Source of the DNA: Alphaproteobacteria bacterium
Lineage (GTDB): Bacteria > Pseudomonadota > Alphaproteobacteria > GCA-2731375
Direction: 5' to 3'
NCBI GenBank assembly: GCA_965232515.1
Contig: CBDDPY010000002.1
Location: 3,936,001 to 4,000,000 of the forward strand
Length of the DNA: 64,000 nucleotides
Part shown: positions 10,436 to 20,814 of the stretch, one piece after another
Layout: every line of letters begins with the position of its first letter
How positions within the stretch are numbered: the first letter of the stretch is position 1
Notes under the pieces: model-generated
Told to the model about the DNA's origin: nothing
The model's database searches: none
The model's input: only the letters and a program-made list of their open reading frames with translations
Program-made: the position numbers and the translations under genes

Positions 10436-12151
10436 CTATTTGTTGGCCGCCTGCCAGACACCATCCCAATCTTCCGCCGGCGGCGCGGCTGCCAGCAGAT
10501 CGAGACGCTCCAGAAATACGGACGCGGCCGGATCGTCCTCGCAGGCCGTGAAACCCTCGCGCGCCGCCATCCAGTCCCGCCCTCGATAGGCCGCCAGCGC
10601 CGCTTCGAAGCGGTCGCGGCGGATGGCCTCCTGGGGCGACAGGCCGCCGCGCGGCGCCAGCAGCTCGAAGATGCGGATCGGCTCCGTCTTGCCGACGACG
10701 GCGACCAGGTCGATCTCGCGCGCCTCGATGGCGTCGCGCGCCAGCGCCTCGGTCTCGCCCGAGATCAGGATCCGCGTGCCGTATTGCTTGTTCAGCCCCT
10801 CCAGCCGGGCGGCCAGGTTCACGGTGTCGCCCATCACCGTGTAGTTCTTGGAGACATCGGAACCGACGCTGCCGATGATGACGTCGCCGGTCGCGATGCC
10901 GACGCGCACATCGAGGGTCGGCACGCCCTGGCGCAGTCCGGTCAGGTCCGGCAGCCGCGTCTGGAACGCGGCCAGCAGATCCCGCTGCGCCAGGGCCGAG
11001 AGGCAGGCGAGCCGCGCATGCTCGCTGCGGCCGGTGAAGGGCGGGCTCCAGAACGCCATGATGGCGTCGCCGATATATTTGTCGATGATGCCCTTGTTCT
11101 CGCGGATCGGTGCCGACATCTCGGTGAAGTAACCGTTCATCAGGCGCACCACCGCCGACGGCGTCAGCATCTCGGCGAGCGGCGTGAAGCCGGCGATATC
11201 GGAAAAGAACACGGTGCAGATCTCGCGCTCGCCGGCGCCCTCGACGCCGTCGGGATCGTCCAGCAGGCCCTCGACGATGCGCGGATCGACATAACGGCCG
11301 AAGGTGTCCTTGATCTGCTCCTTAACCCTCAGCTCGCCGGCCATGTGGTTGAACGATTGCGCCAGCTGGCCGATCTCGTCGCGCGAACGCACCTCGACCC
11401 GGATCTCCAGGTTGCCGCGCTCGATCTGCTGCGTCGCGTCGACCAGGGCGTGCACCGGCCGGACCATGCCGCGCACCACGCCCGCCGTCAGCAGCAGCCC
11501 CGCCAGCGCGGCCAGCGCGGTCAGCACCAGGTTCGCCTGATAGACCCGCCGCTCGGCCTCCAGCGCCTCGGCGCTGGCCCGCTCGGTGAACCGCGAGACC
11601 ACGACGACGGCCTTGTCGATCTGGTCGTTGAACTCGCGCTCCTCGCTGCGCAGGAACGCCAGCAGCGTCGCGTTGACCTCTTGGTTGCCCTGCCGCAGAA
11701 CCTCGACCAGCCGCAAGCTCTCGTCCTGGAAATCCTGGTGCTCGCGCTCGATCGCCAGGATCATGGCGTCGAGCTCGACCAGTTCGACCAGATGTTCGTC
11801 ATAGCGCCCGTCGGCCCGGGCGGCGGCGATCAGACCGTGCGCTTCACCGATCGCCAGGTCCACCCTCTGGCCGCGATCGTTGACGCTCTGCAGCCCGCGC
11901 TCGACGGCGGCCTCGTCGATCGTCGGATCGCGCAGCTCTGCGATCAGGCTCCGGGTGACCAGCTCCTGCTCGAGCTGATAGGCCTCGACCTCGGCCACCG
12001 CGCGCGACAGGGGAATGTAGGTCTCCTTGACCCGGACCAGGCCGAAATTCACGTCGCGGACCAGATAGGACGACAGCAGCGCCGCCATCGACATAAGCAG
12101 CACCAGCAGCAGCGATACGCCGAAGACCTTGCTTCCGATGGTTATCCGCAC
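10436..12151 (-). CDS. Membrane class III adenylate/guanylate cyclase with periplasmic helical sensor, HAMP and C-terminal TPR-like tail
   Basis: Two TM segments, HAMP ([14 protein letters not shown]), [21 protein letters not shown] (Lys suggests ATP specificity), [15 protein letters not shown]. Confidence 0.9.
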   Translation of the reverse strand: MRITIGSKVFGVSLLLVLLMSMAALLSSYLVRDVNFGLVRVKETYIPLSRAVAEVEAYQLEQELVTRSLIAELRDPTIDEAAVERGLQSVNDRGQRVDLAIGEAHGLIAAARADGRYDEHLVELVELDAMILAIEREHQDFQDESLRLVEVLRQGNQEVNATLLAFLRSEEREFNDQIDKAVVVVSRFTERASAEALEAERRVYQANLVLTALAALAGLLLTAGVVRGMVRPVHALVDATQQIERGNLEIRVEVRSRDEIGQLAQSFNHMAGELRVKEQIKDTFGRYVDPRIVEGLLDDPDGVEGAGEREICTVFFSDIAGFTPLAEMLTPSAVVRLMNGYFTEMSAPIRENKGIIDKYIGDAIMAFWSPPFTGRSEHARLACLSALAQRDLLAAFQTRLPDLTGLRQGVPTLDVRVGIATGDVIIGSVGSDVSKNYTVMGDTVNLAARLEGLNKQYGTRILISGETEALARDAIEAREIDLVAVVGKTEPIRIFELLAPRGGLSPQEAIRRDRFEAALAAYRGRDWMAAREGFTACEDDPAASVFLERLDLLAAAPPAEDWDGVWQAANK

Positions 12152-12214
12152 GTCTCGCCCTCGAATCGCGGCAATTGTGGAGTCAGGGCGGCGCGGGCGC
12201 AACGACGCCGTGCA

Positions 12215-13597
12215 CTACAGACGCACCACCTCGCGCCGGGAGACGATGCGGAATCGAATGCACAGAAGGATCGCCGACAGCGTCACGCCGCAGAAGGCGC
12301 CGGCCATCAGGCCCGGCGTGCCCAGGCCCAGCGGGAACGCGAACAGCGCCGCCGCGGGCACCATGACCAGGAAGAACGAACAAAGCTGGATGCTGGTCGG
12401 CACCCAGACGTCGGCGGCGCCGCGCAGCGCGCCCATCATCACCGCCTGCACGCCGTCGGTCAGCATGGTGAAGCCGGCCACGAACAGCACCGGCACCGTC
12501 AGCGCGATCACAGCCGCGTCGTCGGTGAAGATCGAGATGATGGTCACCGGCATCAGGAACACGACAATCGCCTGGCTCCACATCGCCAGCAGCACCGCGG
12601 TGGCGCCGCTCCAGCCGGCCGCCGCCATGCCCGGACGGTCGCGGGCGCCGATGGCGTTGCCGACCCGCACGGCCGTCGCCGTGCCGATGCCGATCGCCGG
12701 CATGAAGGCGAAGGCGATGACGTTGAAGGCGATCTGGTAGCCCGCCACGGCGAGCGCGCCGAACTGCCCGGCCAGCATGACCAGCGTACCGAAGGCCGCC
12801 GATTCCAGGCCCTGCGCCAACCCCATGGGATAGCCGAGCCGTCGCAGCTTGCGCCCGATCGCCCGGCCGTCGGTCAACGGGCCAAGGATGTTGTAACCCG
12901 CCGCCGCCGGCAGTCGCAGGATGTAGACCACGAGGACCAGGGCCGCGAGCCAACGCATGCTGGCTGTCGCCAGCGCCGCGCCCTCGGCGCCCATGGCCGG
13001 CCAGCCGGCCTGCCCCTCGATCAGCAACCAGTTCAGGCCGACATTGCCCAGGTTCGCAATCGCCATGGCGATCAGGCCGGCGCGCGGCCGGTCCAGCGCC
13101 TCCAGGAACAGCGTGCTGCAGACATAGATCAGGCCGGCCGGCAGGCCGAACCCCATCCAGGCGATAACGCCGCCGGCACCGTGCGCCAGGCCGGCTTCCT
13201 GGCCGGTCGTCAGGAAAAACCACTCGCCGAGCAGCGTCAGCAATCCCAGGCCGACGCCGAGCAGTAGGGCATGCATCACCGCGACGCGCCAGATCGGGCC
13301 GCATTCATGCCGGGCATCGGCCCCGATGGCCTGCGCCGTCAGGACGGCCGTACCGACCATCATGCCGAGGCCGATCAGGAACAGCACCATCTGCACCGCA
13401 TTCGCCAGCGCGAAATAGGCGAGCTCGGTGCTGTCGGCGCGGCCGACCATGGCCACGTCGACCACCAAAATCAGGATCATGCCGACCCGCGACAAGCTGA
13501 CGGGTGCCGCCAGCCGCACGATCGAGATAAACTGCGCGCGGAATCGGCTGCTTTCGGACGTCGCCGATGCCGTCTGAACTGAAGGGTCGCCGGACAT
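12215..13597 (-). CDS. MATE family efflux transporter
   Basis: LAAPVSL, VDVAMVGR, AVRVGNAIGARD, GALRGAAD; about 12 hydrophobic helices. Confidence 0.9.
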   Translation of the reverse strand: MSGDPSVQTASATSESSRFRAQFISIVRLAAPVSLSRVGMILILVVDVAMVGRADSTELAYFALANAVQMVLFLIGLGMMVGTAVLTAQAIGADARHECGPIWRVAVMHALLLGVGLGLLTLLGEWFFLTTGQEAGLAHGAGGVIAWMGFGLPAGLIYVCSTLFLEALDRPRAGLIAMAIANLGNVGLNWLLIEGQAGWPAMGAEGAALATASMRWLAALVLVVYILRLPAAAGYNILGPLTDGRAIGRKLRRLGYPMGLAQGLESAAFGTLVMLAGQFGALAVAGYQIAFNVIAFAFMPAIGIGTATAVRVGNAIGARDRPGMAAAGWSGATAVLLAMWSQAIVVFLMPVTIISIFTDDAAVIALTVPVLFVAGFTMLTDGVQAVMMGALRGAADVWVPTSIQLCSFFLVMVPAAALFAFPLGLGTPGLMAGAFCGVTLSAILLCIRFRIVSRREVVRL

Positions 13598-13663
13598 GGG
13601 GCGCGGAGACTACACCCGGGGTCGCATAGCGGGAAGGCCGATTCGCCGCCCGATTTCAGAGCC

Positions 13664-14395
13664 GTGACGAACGAACCCACCCCCGCCGAAACCGCACGCC
13701 GGCTCTTGCGCACGCAGGACACGGCGACGCTGGCGACCGCCCATCAAGACGGCGGCTGGCCCTTCGCCTCGCTGGTCCTGGTCGCGGCCGACCACGACGC
13801 GACGCCGCTGCTGCTGATCTCGGCGCTCGCCGAGCACACCCAAAATCTCGCCGCCGAGCCCCGGGTTTCGCTGCTGTTCGACGGCACCCCCGGTCTTGAA
13901 AGCCGCCTGACCGGCCCGCGCGTGACGGTGCTCGGCCGGGCCGAGATCTCCGAATCACCGCACCACCGGCAACGGTTCCTCTCCCGCCACCCGGACGCTG
14001 CCGTTTACGCCGACTTCGGCGACTTCGCCGTCTACCGAATCGTCGTCGAGCGCGCCCACCTGGTTGCCGGTTTCGGCAAGATCGACTGGATCTCGGTCAA
14101 TGACCTGCTCTCTCCGCTGCCGGAAGGTTTTCCTCTAAAGGAGCAGGAATCGGGCGTCGTTGCCCATATGAACGAGGACCACGCCGACGCCATTCAGCTC
14201 TATGCCACCCGGCTGCTCGGCGCCGACGGCGAGGGCTGGCGAATGACCGGTTGCGACCCCGAGGGCTGCGATCTCAGGCGAGGCGGCGAGGTGCTCCGGC
14301 TCGACTTCGACAAACCGGTGCGCGACGCCGAAAGCGCCCGCGTCGAGCTGGTGCGCCTGGTCAAGCGCGCCCGTGGCGTGACGCATGAAAATTAG
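13664..14395 (+). CDS. HugZ-like pyridoxamine 5'-phosphate oxidase family protein with DUF2470 domain
   Basis: GWPFASLV, SALAEHTQNL, HLVAGFGKI, HMNEDHADAI. Confidence 0.88.
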   Translation: MTNEPTPAETARRLLRTQDTATLATAHQDGGWPFASLVLVAADHDATPLLLISALAEHTQNLAAEPRVSLLFDGTPGLESRLTGPRVTVLGRAEISESPHHRQRFLSRHPDAAVYADFGDFAVYRIVVERAHLVAGFGKIDWISVNDLLSPLPEGFPLKEQESGVVAHMNEDHADAIQLYATRLLGADGEGWRMTGCDPEGCDLRRGGEVLRLDFDKPVRDAESARVELVRLVKRARGVTHEN

Positions 14396-14545
14396 TTGGT
14401 GACTTCGCTGTGGTAACCCTATCTGGATATTGCACAGCTAATATGCCACCGGTATATCGGTTGATAACCATTCGCAGTGACAAGAGTCACTGGCGGCAGC
14501 CTTGGTGAGCGCCTAAGAATAAAGCCCGTTTGTGGAGGACTTCAG

Positions 14546-16153
14546 TTGCAGAACACCGGCCCCAACGTCAGCCGCCATGGCCTCGATCACCACGGTATCC
14601 TTAACACCCCCACTGCTTACTGGAACCTGACCGCGCCGAGCTTGATTGAGCACGCGGTCGGCAACGGCGAAGGCGCGCTGGCCCAGGGCGGCGCGCTGGT
14701 CTGCAACACGGGCACGCATACCGGCCGCTCGGCGAATGACAAGTTCATCGTCCGCGAGCCCGGCAGCGAGGCCGATATCGACTGGGGCAACGTCAACCGG
14801 CCGATGGCGCCGGAACAGTTCGACGCCATCCTGGCGCGCCAGCTCGCCTACTATCAGGGCCGTGACCTCTATGTGCAGGACTGCTGGGCCGGCGCCGCCA
14901 AGGCGCACCGGCTGGCCGTGCGCGTGGTCACGCTGACCGCCTGGCACAGCGCCTTTGCCCGCAACATGTTCATCCGGCCGACCGTCGACGAGCTGGCCGA
15001 GTTCGAACCCGAATTCACCATCCTGCACGCGCCCGAGCTGGAAATGCCGCCGGGCACGCCGGGCCTCAATTCCGGCACCTACATCCTGGTCAATTTCGAG
15101 AAACGCCTGGTCCTGATCGGCGGCACCAGCTATGCCGGCGAAATCAAGAAATCGGTCTTCTCGGTCCTGAACTTCCTGCTGCCGGCCAAGAACATCCTGC
15201 CGATGCACTGCTCGGTGAATGTCGGCGCCGCCGGCGATTCGGCGATCTTCTTCGGCCTCTCCGGCACCGGCAAGACCACGCTCTCGGCCGATCCCAATCG
15301 CCTCTTGGTCGGCGACGACGAGCACGGCTGGAGCGAGGACGGCGTCTTCAATTTCGAGGGCGGCTGCTACGCCAAGGTGATCCGGCTCTCGGCCGAGGCC
15401 GAGCCCGAGATCTACGCCACCACCCGGCGCTTCGGCACCATCCTCGAGAACGTCGTGATGGACCCGGACACACGGATCCTCGATCTCGACGACCCGCGCC
15501 ACACCGAGAACACCCGCGGCTCCTACCCGCTGGAGTTCATTCCCAACGCCTCGCGCGCCGGCGTCGCGGGTCATCCGAAAAACATCGTCATGCTGACAGC
15601 GGATGCCTTCGGCGTGCTGCCGCCGCTGTCGAAACTGACGCCCGAGCAGGCGATGTATCATTTCCTCTCGGGCTACACCGCCAAGGTCGCCGGCACAGAA
15701 AAGGGCGTCGGCAGCGAGCCGCAGGCGACCTTCTCCACCTGTTTCGGCGCCCCCTTCATGTCCCGCCACCCCTCCGTCTACGGCAACATGCTGCGCGAGA
15801 AGATCGCCAGCCACGATGTGAATTGCTGGCTGGTCAACACCGGCTGGACTGGCGGCGCCTACGGCATCGGCTATCGCATGCCGATCCAGCACACCCGCGC
15901 CCTGCTGACGGCGGCGCTGGAAAATCGCCTCGACACGGTGCCGCTCAAGAAGGACGACAATTTCGGCCTGCTGGTGCCCGAGGCGTGCCCGGAAGTGCCG
16001 GCCGACGTGCTCAGCCCGCGCAACACCTGGGCCGACAAGGCCGGCTATGACGCCACGGCCCGCGACCTCGTCGGCCGCTTCCAGAACAACTTCGAGAAAT
16101 ACGTCGAATACGTCGACGACAACGTCAAAGCCGCCGCCCCGCAAGCGGCATGA
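14546..16153 (+). CDS. pckA: Phosphoenolpyruvate carboxykinase (ATP)
   Basis: [45 protein letters not shown]; TTG start after GGAGGA. Confidence 0.97.
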   Translation: MQNTGPNVSRHGLDHHGILNTPTAYWNLTAPSLIEHAVGNGEGALAQGGALVCNTGTHTGRSANDKFIVREPGSEADIDWGNVNRPMAPEQFDAILARQLAYYQGRDLYVQDCWAGAAKAHRLAVRVVTLTAWHSAFARNMFIRPTVDELAEFEPEFTILHAPELEMPPGTPGLNSGTYILVNFEKRLVLIGGTSYAGEIKKSVFSVLNFLLPAKNILPMHCSVNVGAAGDSAIFFGLSGTGKTTLSADPNRLLVGDDEHGWSEDGVFNFEGGCYAKVIRLSAEAEPEIYATTRRFGTILENVVMDPDTRILDLDDPRHTENTRGSYPLEFIPNASRAGVAGHPKNIVMLTADAFGVLPPLSKLTPEQAMYHFLSGYTAKVAGTEKGVGSEPQATFSTCFGAPFMSRHPSVYGNMLREKIASHDVNCWLVNTGWTGGAYGIGYRMPIQHTRALLTAALENRLDTVPLKKDDNFGLLVPEACPEVPADVLSPRNTWADKAGYDATARDLVGRFQNNFEKYVEYVDDNVKAAAPQAA

Positions 16154-16177
16154 CATAAGCGCGCTTCATGGCTGCGC

Positions 16178-16281
16178 ATGCTTCGAGACGGCCCCTCCGG
16201 GGCCTCCTCAGCATGAGGGGAATTATTGATATCGAACTCAAACCTCATCCTGAGGAGCGGCGAAGCCGCGTCACGAAGGAT
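16178..16281. repeat. Inverted pair of REP-like palindromes (CCTCATCCTGAGGAG...CGAAG family)
   Basis: 16178-16218 and 16243-16281 are imperfect reverse complements, each with an internal hairpin; located between convergent genes. Confidence 0.7.
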
Positions 16282-16331
16282 CCGATATCGAGCGACGACC
16301 GAGGTAGGTTGATAGCCAGCTGCTACGGCCA

Positions 16332-16985
16332 CTAACTCAACCCCTCGCCATCCATCATGAAGCCCATATGCGCGCGGGCCTGGTTCAGGCCGCCTTCGCC
16401 GCCATGCCAGGTGGCCTGGCCGTCGCCGTTGGCGTCATAGCCCTGGATGATGTGTTTGCAGAGGGCATAGATCTCGGCCACGCCCGCCCGCGCCTCGCCG
16501 GCCGTCTTCGCCGCCGCGACCATCTTGGCGATCACCACGATCTCCTGCGCCCGCACCACGACGTTGTTCGCCGACGCACCGACATGCTCGGCGTGCAGCC
16601 GCACGTTGTCGCTGGCGTCGTCGCTCTTGGCCGCGAAGCCGATATGCTGCGACACGCCGGTCGCGGCCTTGATCAGGCCATAACCCTTGCCGGGCCCGCT
16701 CGGCTCGACCGACGGATCGACGGCGTGCAGCACATGCGCAACATGCGTCTGCATCCAAGCGAGATCGTCGGTCTTCTCGGCCGCCAGCCTCGCGTGTTCC
16801 ATGGCGATCGCGGCCTCGGCTTCCGCCGTCGGCAGCAAGCCGGCGCCGCCCGGCGTGTCGCTCCAGCCGGTCATCACGTGCCCCATATGGGCATGCGACA
16901 TCTTGTCGGCGGCCGCGGCGACACTGGCCGCGACGAGCAGGCCGGCCGCCATCAGTCCGGCGAACAGGCGTTTCGTGCTGTGCAT
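16332..16985 (-). CDS. Secreted His/Met-rich helical protein, unknown function
   Basis: Signal peptide MHSTKRLFAGLMAAGLLVAASVAAA; HAHMGHVM, THVAHVLH, LHAEHV, DANGDG, RAHMGFMM. Confidence 0.8.
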   Translation of the reverse strand: MHSTKRLFAGLMAAGLLVAASVAAAADKMSHAHMGHVMTGWSDTPGGAGLLPTAEAEAAIAMEHARLAAEKTDDLAWMQTHVAHVLHAVDPSVEPSGPGKGYGLIKAATGVSQHIGFAAKSDDASDNVRLHAEHVGASANNVVVRAQEIVVIAKMVAAAKTAGEARAGVAEIYALCKHIIQGYDANGDGQATWHGGEGGLNQARAHMGFMMDGEGLS

Positions 16986-17086
16986 GTGAAATTCGCTCCC
17001 TATCGGATGCGGCCGTGGCCGATCATCGCTTTCGGTCCATCTACGCGGTCCGGGCCGGAACCTTCCCGGCAGGGCCGCGCCGCCCG

Positions 17087-17605
17087 TCATATCGACCGGC
17101 TCAGCGTCGCAACGGTTTGCCATGGGTCCTCGTCCCAGTAGCGCGCGGCGGCACCGGAGGTCGATGGCAGCACAAATAGAACGGTGCCGTCTGGCGTCAA
17201 ATCAAGGCGGCCGTATCCGATATCGCCACCAACGAACGCCTTCGCCGCTCGCTTCCCGTTAAACGCCAGGATCGCCGGCCGGAAGCGCGCGATTTTCGCC
17301 GCCAGCGCCGCCGGATCGTCATGCGACCGGCGAATGCCCGCATCGGCCCCGGCATAGTGCTTCGCCATGTCGGTGAGCCCGATACCGAATTCCGGCAACA
17401 ATGGGAACTCCGCCGGCGCGAGCCGCCGCGGCGTCAGGCCGGTCCGGTGCAGCACGTCCCAGAACTTGTTCCCGGGACCGGCATAATAGGCGCCCGCCCG
17501 CGCCGAGACCGCGCCCGCCGCGCTGCCGCAGAACACGATTTTGAGGCCGGACCGCAGCACGTCCGGCAGTTTCGGTTCGGATTCTTTTGCTGGCTTATTG
17601 GTCAT
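17087..17605 (-). CDS. mug: G/U mismatch-specific DNA glycosylase (MUG family)
   Basis: LPDVLRSGLKIVFCG, YYAGPGNKFW, GIGLTD, LPSTSG. Confidence 0.85.
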   Translation of the reverse strand: MTNKPAKESEPKLPDVLRSGLKIVFCGSAAGAVSARAGAYYAGPGNKFWDVLHRTGLTPRRLAPAEFPLLPEFGIGLTDMAKHYAGADAGIRRSHDDPAALAAKIARFRPAILAFNGKRAAKAFVGGDIGYGRLDLTPDGTVLFVLPSTSGAAARYWDEDPWQTVATLSRSI

Positions 17606-17669
17606 ACCGGCGAAGGCCGGTATCCATGTCTGAAGTCGCTAGTGGATCCTGGCCTGTGCCAGGATGACC
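17600..17669. repeat. CGTC-type REP doublet (REPIN-like), family A
   Basis: GGTCATACCGGCGAAGGCCGGTATCCA-16 nt-TGGATCCTGGCCTGTGCCAGGATGACC; same family as 52577 and 53011. Confidence 0.85.
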
Positions 17670-17699
17670 TCCGAGGCCCTCGAGCGTCCCAACGCGGCG

Positions 17700-20525
17700 T
17701 CAATGCGCCTCGTCCCAGTTCTCGCCAAAACCGGTGTCGACGATCAGCGGCACGTCGAGATGCGCGGCACCCGCCATGACCTTGCTCACCACTGCGGCCG
17801 TCTCGTCGATCTCGGCCTCGGGCACGTCGAAAACCAGCTCGTCGTGCACCTGCAACAGCATCTTCGCGTTCAGCTTCGCGGCCTGCAGCGCCGGCGGGAT
17901 GCGCACCATAGCCCGGCGGATGATGTCGGCGGCCGAGCCCTGGATCGGCGCGTTGATCGCCGCCCGTTCCTGGAAGTTGCGCCGGGCCGGGTTCTTGTCC
18001 TTGATGCCCGGCATGTGCATGCGCCGGCCGAAGATCGAGGTGACGAAGCCCAGTTCGCGGCACTGCGCCTTGGTCCGGTCCATGTAGTCGCGGATGCCGG
18101 GATAGCGCTCGAAATAGGCGTTGATATAGTCCTGCGCCTCTTTCTGCGGGATGCCCAGATTGCGGGCAAGGCCGAAAGCGCTCATGCCATAGATGATGCC
18201 GAAATTGATCGCCTTGGCCGAACGCCGCACCGTCGGGTCCATGCCCTCGATCGGCGTGTCGAAGACCTGCGACGCGGTCATGGCGTGGATGTCGACCCCG
18301 TCGTGGAAGGCCTGCTTCAGGGCGTCGATGTCGGCGATATGCGCCAGCACCCGCAGCTCGATCTGCGAATAGTCGGCGCTCATCAGCTTGTGGCCCTCGG
18401 CCGGCACGAAGGCGCGGCGGATCTTGCGGCCTTCCTCGGTGCGCACCGGAATGTTCTGCAGGTTCGGATCCGACGACGACAGCCGGCCGGTCGACGTCGC
18501 GGCCATGGCGTAGGACGTATGCACACGTCCCGTCTCGGGGTTGATTTCTTTCTGCAGCGAGTCGGTATAGGTGCTCTTCAGCTTGGCGAGCTGGCGCCAG
18601 TCCAGCACGCGCGCCGGCAGATCGTGGCCCTGCGCCGCCAGTCCTTCCAGCACATCGGCGCCGGTGCCGTAGGCGCCTGTTTTGGTTTTCTTGCCGCCGG
18701 GCAGCGACATCTTGTCGAACAGGATCTCACCGAGCTGTTTCGGCGAGCCAATGTTGAATTCCTCGTCCGCGAGGTTGTGGATTTCTTTTTCGAGATCGAC
18801 CAGACGGCCGGCGAAATCGTCCGACAGGCCTTTCAGCTCGGCCGGATCGAGCCGGATACCGTTGCGCTCCATCATCACCAGCACCGGCACCAGCGGCCGT
18901 TCCAGCGTCTCGTAGACCGTGGTCACCCGCTCGGCCAACAGCCGCGGTTTGAGGATCTGGTAGAGCTGCAGCGTGATGTCGGCGTCCTCGGCCGCGTAGT
19001 CCGTCGCCTTGTCCAACGGCACGTAGTCGAAGGTGATGGCGTTCTTGCCCCTGCCGGCGACGTCCTTGTAGCTGATCGGCGCGACGCCGAGATACAGTTG
19101 CGACAGCTCGTCCATGCCGTGGCCGTGCAGCCCGCCCTCGGTCACGTACGACAACAGCATGGTGTCGTCGATCGGCGCCACGTCGATGTCGTAACGGCTC
19201 AACAGCAGCATGTCGTATTTCAGGTTCTGACCGACCTTCAGGACCGCCCGGTCCTCCAGCAACGGCTTCAGCCGCGCCAGCGCCTCGTCGAGCGGGATCT
19301 GCGGCGGCGCCTCGCCGTCGCCCTCGTCGCTGTCGCCGTCGAGATCGAGGCTGCCCTGGTCGGCCGCGCCTTTATGGCCGAGCGGGATATAGCATGCCCG
19401 GTTCGGCGTCACCGACAGCGACACGCCCACCAGCTCCGCCCGCATGGCGTTCAGCGACGTGGTCTCGGTGTCGACCGCGACCAGGCCCGCCGCCGTCGCC
19501 TCGGCGACCCAGCGCTCCAGCGCCTCCAGCGACTGCACGCATTCGTATTGCCGCTCGCCCGGCGCCACGTCGGCGGGCGCCGCGGGCGCCGGCGCGGCCT
19601 CGCCCTCCAAGCCCCATTTCGACTTGATGCGCGAGGTCAGCGTGCGGAATTCCATCTGTTCCAGGAACGCGACCAGCTTCTCCGGCTCCGGCGGCCGCAG
19701 CTCCAGGTCAGAGAGCGTCTCCTCCACCGGCACGTCGGGCTTCAGCGTCACCAGCTCTCGGCTGACGCGTGCCAGATCGGCGTTCTCGATCAGGTTCTGC
19801 CGCCGCTTCGGCTGCTTGATCTCCTCGGCGCGGTCCAGCAGCGTGTCGAGATCACCGTATTCATTGATCAGCTGCGCCGCCGTCTTCACGCCGATGCCGG
19901 GCACGCCCGGCACGTTGTCGACGGAATCGCCGCAGAGCGCCTGCACCTCGATCACCTTGTCGGGCGCGACGCCGAACTTCTCCATCACCTCGTCGGGGCC
20001 GATCTGCTTGCCCTTCATCGGGTCCATCATCTCGACGCCGTTGCCGACCAGCTGCATCAGATCCTTGTCGGACGAGACAATGGTGACCTTCAGGCCGGCT
20101 TCCTTCGCCTGCTCGGCATAGGTGGCGATGATGTCGTCGGCCTCGTAGCCGTCCATCTCGATGGTCGGCATGTTGAAGGCGCGGCTCGCCTCGCGGATCA
20201 GCGAGAATTGCGGCACCAGGTCTTCCGGCGGCTCCGGCCGGTTCGCCTTGTACTCGGGATAGATGTCGTTGCGGAAGGTGACCGAGCTGGCGTCGAAAAT
20301 GACCGCGAAATGGTCGACCTCGTCGTCGCTGAGCGCCTGCTCCAACAGCTTGTGCAGCATGTTGCAGAAGCCCGAGACCGCGCCCACCGGCATGCCGTCG
20401 CTTTTCCGCGTCAGCGGCGGCAGGGCGTGATAGGCCCGGAAGATATAGCCCGAACCGTCGACCAGATAGAGATGCCGCGGCGCCGCCTTCGCGTCGCGCT
20501 GCGCGGCCGCTTCTTGTGTGCTCAT
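17700..20525 (-). CDS. polA: DNA polymerase I
   Basis: LYLVDGSGYIFRAYHA 5'-3' exonuclease, VDTETT 3'-5' exonuclease, TGRLSSSDPNLQNIP, ADYSQIELR, AKAINFGIIYG, LQVHDELVF. Confidence 0.98.
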   Translation of the reverse strand: MSTQEAAAQRDAKAAPRHLYLVDGSGYIFRAYHALPPLTRKSDGMPVGAVSGFCNMLHKLLEQALSDDEVDHFAVIFDASSVTFRNDIYPEYKANRPEPPEDLVPQFSLIREASRAFNMPTIEMDGYEADDIIATYAEQAKEAGLKVTIVSSDKDLMQLVGNGVEMMDPMKGKQIGPDEVMEKFGVAPDKVIEVQALCGDSVDNVPGVPGIGVKTAAQLINEYGDLDTLLDRAEEIKQPKRRQNLIENADLARVSRELVTLKPDVPVEETLSDLELRPPEPEKLVAFLEQMEFRTLTSRIKSKWGLEGEAAPAPAAPADVAPGERQYECVQSLEALERWVAEATAAGLVAVDTETTSLNAMRAELVGVSLSVTPNRACYIPLGHKGAADQGSLDLDGDSDEGDGEAPPQIPLDEALARLKPLLEDRAVLKVGQNLKYDMLLLSRYDIDVAPIDDTMLLSYVTEGGLHGHGMDELSQLYLGVAPISYKDVAGRGKNAITFDYVPLDKATDYAAEDADITLQLYQILKPRLLAERVTTVYETLERPLVPVLVMMERNGIRLDPAELKGLSDDFAGRLVDLEKEIHNLADEEFNIGSPKQLGEILFDKMSLPGGKKTKTGAYGTGADVLEGLAAQGHDLPARVLDWRQLAKLKSTYTDSLQKEINPETGRVHTSYAMAATSTGRLSSSDPNLQNIPVRTEEGRKIRRAFVPAEGHKLMSADYSQIELRVLAHIADIDALKQAFHDGVDIHAMTASQVFDTPIEGMDPTVRRSAKAINFGIIYGMSAFGLARNLGIPQKEAQDYINAYFERYPGIRDYMDRTKAQCRELGFVTSIFGRRMHMPGIKDKNPARRNFQERAAINAPIQGSAADIIRRAMVRIPPALQAAKLNAKMLLQVHDELVFDVPEAEIDETAAVVSKVMAGAAHLDVPLIVDTGFGENWDEAH

Positions 20526-20645
20526 GCCGCCCACTATGCCACGCTCGCGCTGCCGGCAAAACGCCGGAGCGACCACAAGGGTCCCGATGCTGCCATTCCG
20601 CCGACAGCAGCCGGCAAACTCAGACCACGAACCTGAACACCCGCT

Positions 20646-20687
20646 TGTCATGCTGGCGAAGACCAGCATCCATGGGTATCAATGACG
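20646..20687. repeat. Family A REP with truncated partner
   Basis: TGTCATGCTGGCGAAGACCAGCATCCA followed by the remnant TGGGTATCAATGACG. Confidence 0.65.
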
Positions 20688-20695
20688 ATAGTTCC

Positions 20696-20785
20696 ACCAC
20701 AGCGAGCACAGAGGACACAGAGAAGGTCTAAGGGGCGCGAAGCGCCCAAACAAACCAACTCTGTGTCCTCTGTGCGCTCTGTGGT
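20696..20785. repeat. MITE-like element with 9-bp periodic terminal inverted repeats (copy 1)
   Basis: ACCACAGCGAGCACAGAGGACACAGAG ... CTCTGTGTCCTCTGTGCGCTCTGTGGT; internal hairpin GGGCGCGAAGCGCCC. Confidence 0.8.
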
Positions 20786-20814
20786 AATTCGTTTTTTGTT
20801 ACGCGGCTCGACCG

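Noticed and set aside
10427-13267. 946-aa plus-strand ORF
   Set aside because: Antisense shadow of the cyclase and MATE genes.
17664-20636. 990-aa plus-strand ORF
   Set aside because: Antisense shadow of polA caused by high-GC codon bias; no motifs.
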